A stretch of DNA of 14,962 nt, taken from a virus. Lineage: Duplodnaviria > Heunggongvirae > Uroviricota > Caudoviricetes. Location of the stretch: IMG/VR virus record IMGVR_UViG_2529293000_000008. One strand, given 5' to 3'. The position numbers and the translations under genes were made by a program. Positions within the stretch are counted from its first letter, which is position 1. Each line of letters opens with the position of its first letter. Positions 7,784-13,744 of this stretch are shown here, piece by piece. Under the pieces are notes generated by a model, which searched no databases, was not told the DNA's origin, and worked only from the letters and a program-made list of their open reading frames with translations.

Positions 7784-8059
7784 TTATCTGTCCTGGTAAT
7801 TTCGCCATATTTCATCGCTTACACCATCTATACCCATTTCAGCATAAGTGCGATCTACTGCCTTTCTCAGGTCTCCGAAGTTATCCGGCGGCTCCGGTGG
7901 CTTCTGTGCCTTCCTGGAACATTCCAGCCGTCGCATCGTAACCTGATGCCGTTCCTTGTCTGTCTCCACCAGCAGCATGACTTCACCCCATCGCGCCGAC
8001 GCCCTCCGGTAAAAGCCTTTCGCCTCGAGTTCTTCCGCTATGCGGTCATGTACCATCGC
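7784..8059 (-). CDS. PerC-family-like small transcriptional regulator
   Basis: Start chosen at internal ATG 8059 with strong GAGGGGG Shine-Dalgarno right after the SSB stop; MVHDRIAEELEAKGFYRRASARWGEV resembles the PerC/Pch signature as I recall it (not searched). Confidence 0.5.
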   Translation of the reverse strand, partial: AMVHDRIAEELEAKGFYRRASARWGEVMLLVETDKERHQVTMRRLECSRKAQKPPEPPDNFGDLRKAVDRTYAEMGIDGVSDEIWRNYQDR

Positions 8060-8066
8060 CACCCCC

Positions 8067-8477
8067 TCAGAACGGAATACCGTCACCGTAAGGGTCATCG
8101 CCTCCCGCTGGTGGCTGATTACCCTGTGTGCCTGTGGTTTTGCGTCTGTTCCCGCCAGGACGTGCCGCACGGGCACTGATTACGCTGTCTGCAATAACCT
8201 GATAACCCTGCCGCGTTTCCCCGTTCTGTCCCGTCCACTGGCTGACCTGCATCGTGCCGGATACGCTGGCAACGTCGCCTTTTTGATGTTTAGCCAGGAA
8301 GTCGGCCTGCTTACCAAATGCGATGACCGATAGCCATAACGTCGCCTGCCCATCCTGCGCCTGACTACATGGCAACGATACCGCCATACGCGCCAGCGTC
8401 ATCGGTGTGCCCTTACTGGTCTGTTTTACCTGCGGGTCGTCCACCAGCCGCCCGTAAGCCGCTATCTGTGCTGTCAT
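8067..8477 (-). CDS. ssb: Single-stranded DNA-binding protein (SSB-like)
   Basis: 136 aa; OB-fold-like core, Gly/Pro/Gln-rich linker and C-terminal acidic tip DDPYGDGIPF resembling the SSB DDDIPF tail; ATGA overlap with the upstream gene; GGAGAGG Shine-Dalgarno. Confidence 0.7.
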   Translation of the reverse strand: MTAQIAAYGRLVDDPQVKQTSKGTPMTLARMAVSLPCSQAQDGQATLWLSVIAFGKQADFLAKHQKGDVASVSGTMQVSQWTGQNGETRQGYQVIADSVISARAARPGGNRRKTTGTQGNQPPAGGDDPYGDGIPF

Positions 8478-8731
8478 GATTCCACCTCTCCGGTTTTAAC
8501 GTTGATGGTTGTTACCTGTTCCGCTTCGGCAATCTCCCGTTCTGTCAGCGTGGCAAAGTTTGCCGCCGCCGTGGTCATGAATGCGCTTATCAGGTCGGGA
8601 TGTGCTTTCGCGTATCCTTCCCCCGTGTTGCGGTCGATGATTTTTATCGCCACTCTCAGCCAGTGCTCTGTAAGGTCAATGGCGCGGTTATGCTGCTTCT
8701 TCTGATTATTAAGTTTTCCTGATGTGCGCAT
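8474..8731 (-). CDS. Hypothetical protein (85 aa)
   Basis: ATG at 8731, translationally coupled to ssb; no recognisable motif. Confidence 0.5.
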   Translation of the reverse strand: MRTSGKLNNQKKQHNRAIDLTEHWLRVAIKIIDRNTGEGYAKAHPDLISAFMTTAAANFATLTEREIAEAEQVTTINVKTGEVES

Positions 8732-8780
8732 TTTTATTTTTACCCCCTCGTTTAAAAAGTTTTGAGTTGTGCCTCCCCTT

Positions 8781-9006
8781 GTCTACCTTATCTACCTTAC
8801 TGGCTCTCATGCCAGTAATGGCGCGGCTTTCAGCGGGGTAGAGTGCTTTTATCCACTATCTACCCCGTATCTACCTCCCTGTCTGATTCAGGTAAAATCA
8901 GGTAGAGAGGGTAGATAGTAGGTAGACAGTGAAAAAAGGCTGTCTACCTAAGTTAATATACTGAATTAAATGTATTTTTCTTTACTCAGGTAGACAGGGT
9001 AGACAG
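8781..9006. repeat. Iteron array and AT-rich tract; putative origin of replication
   Basis: At least 11 copies of the heptamer GGTAGA(C/T/G) or its complement in both orientations: 8781-8787, 8790-8796, 8837-8843, 8858-8864, 8869-8875, 8901-8907, 8910-8916, 8921-8927, 8942-8948, and tandem GGTAGACAG at 8989-8997 and 8998-9006; AT-rich stretch 8950-8985; immediately 3' of the primase-helicase gene. Confidence 0.65.
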
Positions 9007-9019
9007 CCATTGCAAAAAA

Positions 9020-10774
9020 TTATAAAAACGCGTCGCAATCGTCTGTTGTTATTGCGTTAGTCTGCGTTACTCCCTTAACTTTCCGCGTAATATATTCATG
9101 TCCGTAAACTTTCGCGGCTGGCTTCATAGCCTTGCCAAAGTCATTTACGTTTAGCGGTTTGCTCCTGCCTGCGTACGCCATAAACGCCAGATAGACGCGG
9201 TAAAGGCTGTTTCTGGTCGTGTACTTCACTGAATCGCCACCGCCGCCCATCATCAGGCCGCGTGCTTCCTCCAGAAAATTCAGGAACTGGCAAAACTCAA
9301 TAACCGGATCCGTCTGTTGCTTTATTGCCAGTGCTTCATCACCGTCACGCTGTTCAATGAGTAAAGCCCGTGCCTTTTCAGGGTCGGCAAAGTTCGCCAG
9401 CAAGCGGCGGATAATCACAGGGATTTCAGCCGCGATCTTTTCCGGTAGCTCCCTGTCTTTTTCTGCCTCGCTTACGATGTTATCGAACCGGAATATCACC
9501 CGACGACGTGCCACACCTCCGGCCCGTTCGGTGAATATCATCGGATTGTTATTGGTTGCCAGCACCACCGCCCTGATTACCGCCGTAAAACGCTTTTCAT
9601 ATTTCGGGTTAATTTCCACGGGGTCGCCGCCCGTGATTTTCTTGATGCCCGTTCCTTCGCCTGTATATTTCGGCTGGTCTGCCAGGACGATAAGACGACT
9701 CCCGACAACCTGCGCACGCCCACCAGCATCATCAAGCGATGTCATTTCAGCGCTTACCGTGTTCTGTTTCCCTGCCAGAAGGCTGGCTATGTGTGTGAAT
9801 GTACTTTTACCGCTCCCGCCGTCTCCGGTGGCCTCAATAAACATCTGCCAGTCGTACCGGTTCGCCATAATCATGTACAGCGCGGCACATATACGCATCA
9901 TCTTGCGCGGGTCTTTTCCGGCTGCGTGCTCAAGCCATTTATGAAAGTTTGGCGCGTTATCGCGGATGTTCTCCCCTGGTGCTGGTGGCGTGTACTCAAT
10001 GCCGTTGTGCGTGGTGATCCAGTTCTCCGGCGTGTGCGGGGAAAATTCCCCCGTTTTCAGGTCAAGCGCACCATTGGCGAACGGCAGCAAATCGCCGGAC
10101 GGCTCGCCCATTGGTTCGGCAATAACTTTTAACGCTTCCACGGCGTTATTGATTACGCGCTTGCTGAAAGTGGCCCTGTGCTCTGAATAGATCGCCACCA
10201 TTTCGCGGCTAAGTTCCATTGTGCTGACCGGACACCATACCCCGCCGCGCCATACGTGAACGATTTCACTTTCAGGATGTACGCAAACGCCATCAAAGCG
10301 ATCGGCAAGCAGCTGCGCGCGCTCACTGTCCGCCATCTGCGAAAGTTGCGCCTTTTGCTTTACCGGAAGCTCAATGACCAGACCATCAGAAAGATTCTGG
10401 CGCTCACGGGCCAGATATTCGCGCCAGTTCTCCACCTTCTGACCGTGCATACCCTCAGGATAAAAATTTGCATCCTGTACGCCTGCCGCCGCCAGCTTCT
10501 GGCCAATCGCCTTTATCATTACTGGCGCAAGATATCCGGCCCTGAATATGCGCACGGATTTTCTGCCTTCCGGCACAATTTGCAGCTTATCCAGTTCTGA
10601 TAACTGCTGCTCCCCAAGCCACACAGGAGGCTCATTATCTCCGGCCATACGCGCATCATGTTCCTGCCATTGTTTCGCGTGTGCCCAGGCATCACTACCC
10701 GCAAAAATAATGACTTCTGTTCCTTTGTGTTTTATGCCGCGTGACTGCTGTTTTACGTTCGGTGCCAGTTTCAT
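9020..10774 (-). CDS. Replication initiator: P4/D5-type primase-helicase (Pri-Rep)
   Basis: 584 aa with Walker A GDGGSGKST and a Walker B-like RLIVLADQP segment in the C-terminal half, as in P4-alpha/D5-like helicases; ATGA coupling with the upstream ORF; AGGGGT Shine-Dalgarno. Confidence 0.85.
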   Translation of the reverse strand: MKLAPNVKQQSRGIKHKGTEVIIFAGSDAWAHAKQWQEHDARMAGDNEPPVWLGEQQLSELDKLQIVPEGRKSVRIFRAGYLAPVMIKAIGQKLAAAGVQDANFYPEGMHGQKVENWREYLARERQNLSDGLVIELPVKQKAQLSQMADSERAQLLADRFDGVCVHPESEIVHVWRGGVWCPVSTMELSREMVAIYSEHRATFSKRVINNAVEALKVIAEPMGEPSGDLLPFANGALDLKTGEFSPHTPENWITTHNGIEYTPPAPGENIRDNAPNFHKWLEHAAGKDPRKMMRICAALYMIMANRYDWQMFIEATGDGGSGKSTFTHIASLLAGKQNTVSAEMTSLDDAGGRAQVVGSRLIVLADQPKYTGEGTGIKKITGGDPVEINPKYEKRFTAVIRAVVLATNNNPMIFTERAGGVARRRVIFRFDNIVSEAEKDRELPEKIAAEIPVIIRRLLANFADPEKARALLIEQRDGDEALAIKQQTDPVIEFCQFLNFLEEARGLMMGGGGDSVKYTTRNSLYRVYLAFMAYAGRSKPLNVNDFGKAMKPAAKVYGHEYITRKVKGVTQTNAITTDDCDAFL

Positions 10775-11070
10775 TTTTTACCCCTGAATCCTTTAATCAT
10801 GGTTTTCATCTTCTGAATATTGGCGCGTGCTTTCTCCCTGCTGGTGGGCACGTTACGCGGTACGGCCTGCACAAGAGAAAAATCACGGTCGAACTGATAA
10901 ACAGGCATCACGCAATCATATTCGTAGCCTTCACGACGGTAGGTTACGCGCCGTTCCTCCACGCCCTTAATCATTACCGTGCCGCCGTACTTATCGCGGT
11001 AAATATCACCGCGCATGAATTTAGTGCGAGTTTTGCCACTGGCAGTTAAGCCAGAATATTTAAGTTTCAT
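10771..11070 (-). CDS. Hypothetical protein (99 aa), translationally coupled to the primase gene
   Basis: ATG at 11070 with GGAG Shine-Dalgarno; its stop overlaps the primase ATG; no recognisable motif. Confidence 0.5.
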   Translation of the reverse strand: MKLKYSGLTASGKTRTKFMRGDIYRDKYGGTVMIKGVEERRVTYRREGYEYDCVMPVYQFDRDFSLVQAVPRNVPTSREKARANIQKMKTMIKGFRGKK

Positions 11071-11075
11071 TATTT

Positions 11076-11309
11076 TTATTCTCCGGTGTGGGGCGCTTTA
11101 TACTGGTCGTGTAATGTCTCTATTTCCTGCAACTCATTTATTACAGGCTCAAGAAGCGTTATTAATGCCGTGACAATCCTTGATTTCTGTTTATCACGTT
11201 CATTATCTCCAAGCGTTTCAAGACATATGCGCAATATTTCCAACATATTTTCACTGTGAGAAAGTGCAAGAAATGCGCGGTCTATTGTTTCGTGGTAAAT
11301 ATCACGCAT
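11076..11309 (-). CDS. Hypothetical protein (77 aa)
   Basis: ATG at 11309 with GGGGA Shine-Dalgarno; same strand and operon; no recognisable motif. Confidence 0.5.
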   Translation of the reverse strand: MRDIYHETIDRAFLALSHSENMLEILRICLETLGDNERDKQKSRIVTALITLLEPVINELQEIETLHDQYKAPHTGE

Positions 11310-11378
11310 ATTAATCCCCGTCCGTCGTTTTTCTTAAAATAACCTCTGTCACGAAATCAGCATAATCGGCGGCGATAT

Positions 11379-11531
11379 TCAGTACATCAAGCCCCGTTGA
11401 TTTATATTCTCTCGTGGAAAGTAAGAAAAAGCCGCTCTAATAAGCTCTGGCATTGACGAAAGCGCATCAGCCGCATCATCAGGAACGCCGGAAAATTCCT
11501 GTTTCAGGGAATTAAAACGATCATCACGCAT
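11379..11531 (-). CDS. Hypothetical small protein (50 aa), not in the supplied ORF track
   Basis: Hand-translated from the minus strand: ATG at 11531 preceded by AGGGGGG, overlapping the upstream stop by 8 nt; MRDDRFNSLKQEFSGVPDDAADALSSMPELIRAAFSYFPRENINQRGLMY then TGA. Confidence 0.35.
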   Translation of the reverse strand: MRDDRFNSLKQEFSGVPDDAADALSSMPELIRAAFSYFPRENINQRGLMY

Positions 11532-11889
11532 GTTTACCCCCCTGAATGACCTGATAACCGCAACTGGTCAGCAACTCGATAAATTCCGGCAGTGTGCCGA
11601 AACAGCAATCATCACGCAGCCGTTCGCAGGATACCTCGACGCCGTTTTCGTAGTGACTCACCATACATCCGGTAAAATGCAGATCATCATCGTGATGGCT
11701 CGTTGACGGCTTAATCAGTCGCGCACGTTCCGCCAGTTCCAGCAATGCTTCAACGCTTCCGGCAATTGCACCATCCGGCAGGTGATAATTACGCACTATG
11801 CGCCCGTTCTCCACATTGACCAGCAACTGCCCGGTAAATTTCTCGTCAAACTGAATGCTGTTAAGGTCAGAAATTGACAGGTTATGCAT
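11524..11889 (-). CDS. Hypothetical protein (121 aa)
   Basis: Start chosen at ATG 11889 (MHNLSISDL...) with AGGAGG Shine-Dalgarno, overlapping the upstream ORF by 8 nt; no recognisable motif. Confidence 0.55.
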   Translation of the reverse strand: MHNLSISDLNSIQFDEKFTGQLLVNVENGRIVRNYHLPDGAIAGSVEALLELAERARLIKPSTSHHDDDLHFTGCMVSHYENGVEVSCERLRDDCCFGTLPEFIELLTSCGYQVIQGGKHA

Positions 11890-12106
11890 GGTGCACCTCC
11901 TGCACATCAGCCATGATAATTTTTCCGGCCTTATCCAGTGCCTGATCGGCTTTTAGCTGCACAAATGCTAAATAATGGAAGATGCATTCTGATTCTCTGG
12001 CTGCGTGTTTATGCGCCCTGTCAGCAATAACAGAAATATCAATAAGCGCGTGCATCAGCGTAGTGAGCGCGGCGGCTGCTGCGTCCGGTGTGGTTTTATT
12101 GCACAT
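11882..12106 (-). CDS. Hypothetical protein (74 aa)
   Basis: ATG at 12106 with AGGGGG Shine-Dalgarno; overlaps the upstream ORF stop. Confidence 0.5.
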   Translation of the reverse strand: MCNKTTPDAAAAALTTLMHALIDISVIADRAHKHAARESECIFHYLAFVQLKADQALDKAGKIIMADVQEVHHA

Positions 12107-12302
12107 GGCCTACCCCCTGGCGAATACGGGCAGCGAATACCATCACGCAGCCATCAGGAGATTGCTGACGCGCTTCCTGTTCGCTGGTGGCCTCGATGGT
12201 AATCACGCGCGGTTGTGCCGTGCTCAGGGCGATAAAACGCCAGATGTATTTATTCAGGTCGTGCGAATCCCGCCCTTGCGGGTGTGTGGTATGATTTCTC
12301 AT
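12096..12302 (-). CDS. Hypothetical protein (68 aa), first gene of the small-ORF operon
   Basis: 3' portion of the long 12096..13124 track ORF; internal ATG at 12302 with GAGG Shine-Dalgarno; the upstream part of the track ORF crosses the promoter/operator region and is judged spurious. Confidence 0.45.
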   Translation of the reverse strand: MRNHTTHPQGRDSHDLNKYIWRFIALSTAQPRVITIEATSEQEARQQSPDGCVMVFAARIRQGVGHVQ

Positions 12303-12399
12303 AGCTACCTCGATACTTTCGCTATCGTTGGTGGTTAGAAGCCCCGTTACTGCTCCTACAGTGCGGGGTTTCGTCGTTTCTGTGCCTTTCATCAACAAG

Positions 12400-12480
12400 G
12401 TGTAAGACACAATGTAAAACAATGGTGTCTTACACGTCAACCCTTCAAAATATTTTTTTTTCGTGTATATTGTCTTACAC
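12400..12480. promoter_or_regulatory. Divergent promoter region with three operator-like GTGT-N3-ACAC sites
   Basis: GTGTAAGACAC at 12400-12410, its reverse complement GTGTCTTACAC at 12425-12435, and tTGTCTTACAC at 12470-12480; a T-run and TATATT lie between sites 2 and 3; sits between minus-strand and plus-strand operons. Confidence 0.55.
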
Positions 12481-12501
12481 CAAAAACATGAGGGGTTAAA
12501 C

Positions 12502-12681
12502 ATGGCAACGGGTCCAAAGAATGCAAAATCACAATCTGTAACTGCACGTATTGCCCATGAAATTATTGAAGGCATGGAGAACGTGAAAGAAGAAGGCGAA
12601 AGCACGGGACAGTTTATAAACGCAGCCATGCGCGGCGAAATCAAACGCCGCCAGCGCCGCAAGGCCAAAGAACCAGAGTAA
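12502..12681 (+). CDS. Small DNA-binding protein, likely ribbon-helix-helix (CopG/Arc/MetJ-like) regulator
   Basis: 59 aa; ATG at 12502 with GAGGGG Shine-Dalgarno 6 nt upstream; SVTARIAHEIIEGMENVKEEGESTGQFINAAMRGEI fits a beta-strand, helix, G-x-S/T turn, helix RHH layout; basic C-terminal tail; opposite strand to the rest of the island. Confidence 0.5.
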   Translation: MATGPKNAKSQSVTARIAHEIIEGMENVKEEGESTGQFINAAMRGEIKRRQRRKAKEPE

Positions 12682-12738
12682 TCACCATCAGCGCCGTGGT
12701 GTAAGGTATTACGGCGCATTGCTATGCAGGACAACACA

Positions 12739-12912
12739 ATGACCGATAAAGAATTGACCAAAACATTATCACCGGCACGGAAAAGACGGCGCAGAAAGAT
12801 AGAACATGAATCAGAAAGATTCGCGCCATGTGCTTTTGCCCTTGAGCAATTCCTTAAAGAGTACAGGGAAAAGCGCTCATTGCAGGTATGGCAACGAACT
12901 GAACCAGACTGA
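12739..12912 (+). CDS. Hypothetical small basic protein (57 aa), second gene of the plus-strand operon
   Basis: ATG at 12739 with weak AGGA Shine-Dalgarno; contains a KRRRRK stretch; followed by an intrinsic terminator. Confidence 0.35.
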   Translation: MTDKELTKTLSPARKRRRRKIEHESERFAPCAFALEQFLKEYREKRSLQVWQRTEPD

Positions 12913-13009
12913 TTGCATTGCCCACCAGCCTGATAGCGGCTATCATCCCCGTGCTTATGTTTGGGATCACACACACAAACGGCGCAGCGGGTTATCTGTT
13001 CAGAAAGGC

Positions 13010-13037
13010 GGCTCCATTTCGGGGCCGCTTTTTTTAT
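13010..13037 (+). terminator. Rho-independent terminator of the plus-strand regulatory operon
   Basis: gcggctcc-atttc-ggggccgc hairpin (8 bp stem with one G-U pair) followed by TTTTTTT. Confidence 0.6.
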
Positions 13038-13181
13038 GCCTGAAAAACCCCAATTTTGTGGTTTTCCAGTCTCACCAGGGCGAACGAATCCCCGCCCACG
13101 TTCTGGCGTATATTCAATCTTCATGGTTATAGCTCTGTGTTCAGATGATTGATGTGTGGCGGCTGTGTGCCGCCAGCGTGA

Positions 13182-13370
13182 TTAATGAACTGCCTTGCAG
13201 CTATCCTTCCAGGCCAGAACCTCGGATAAAGACCAGCCAACGGAACGACCGCCAAGTTTACGACGTGATGGGAATTGTCCGGCCTTTTCCAGGCGGTAGC
13301 GGCATGAGCGGCTAAGGCCTGTTAGCTTTTCGCATTCTTTTTCACGTATAAACCGATCAGTGCTTAACAC
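13182..13370 (-). CDS. alpA: AlpA-family transcriptional regulator / excisionase-like protein
   Basis: 62 aa; LTGLSRSCRYRLEKAGQFPSRRKLGGRSVGWSLSEVLAW matches the AlpA-family HTH pattern; GTG start at 13370 with AAGGGGG Shine-Dalgarno. Confidence 0.85.
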   Translation of the reverse strand: MLSTDRFIREKECEKLTGLSRSCRYRLEKAGQFPSRRKLGGRSVGWSLSEVLAWKDSCKAVH

Positions 13371-13652
13371 TATTGCCCCCTTTCGTTTCTTAAAGAGTTA
13401 TTTCGTGTTCTATTGCGTTGGGATGTGTCTGATTGTGTCAGGATGATTCAGAGTTGGCAAATGTTGAGGTCGTATGGTTTACAGAAACAGGAATAATCAG
13501 GATAAAATCATTTAAATTCATGTTAATACAAAGGCATAAAATATTGTTTCATGCCTTTTTTATCGCTATTTAAAGAGTGATTCGCTAGTGTATAAAAAAC
13601 CAGTAACACATTAAAAATCAGCTACTTATAAATCCGTACACTTTTTCGCCTC

Positions 13653-13727
13653 TTGTTCGTAGTTGTTCCGCATTGTTGCTCATTGTTGCATGTTGTATCT
13701 GTTCGCATATCCAGTATGCGCATACTG
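13653..13727. promoter_or_regulatory. Helically phased TTGTT repeats plus a 16 bp perfect palindrome between int and alpA
   Basis: TTGTT at about 13653, 13663, 13674, 13684 and 13692 (near 10 bp spacing), including tandem cattgttgc at 13671-13690; palindrome CAGTATGCGCATACTG at 13712-13727, 18 nt downstream of the int stop. Confidence 0.4.
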
Positions 13728-13744
13728 AAAAAACACGAAAAAAA

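Noticed and set aside
8781-9006. Possible CRISPR array suggested by the many short repeats
   Set aside because: The repeat units are only 7-9 bp, occur in both orientations with irregular spacing and no unique spacers of regular length, and sit beside a primase gene; this is an iteron-type origin.
9219-9944. 241 aa plus-strand ORF inside the primase gene
   Set aside because: It is antisense to a confidently identified primase-helicase, has Ser/Ala/Arg-rich junk-like composition and no ribosome-binding site. The same reasoning applies to other antisense track ORFs such as 1386..1829, 3290..3703, 4007..4252 and 6655..6975.
12096-13124. 342 aa minus-strand ORF spanning the whole regulatory region
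   Set aside because: Its translation is Cys/Ser/Arg-rich and low-complexity, and it reads through the operator repeats, the plus-strand genes and a terminator. Only its last 68 codons (12096..12302), with their own Shine-Dalgarno and ATG, look like a real gene.
13125-13180. Hairpin ggcggc-tgtgt-gccgcc (13159-13175) just downstream of alpA as a terminator
   Set aside because: There is no U-tract on either strand after the stem, so it is not a canonical intrinsic terminator; its function is undetermined.
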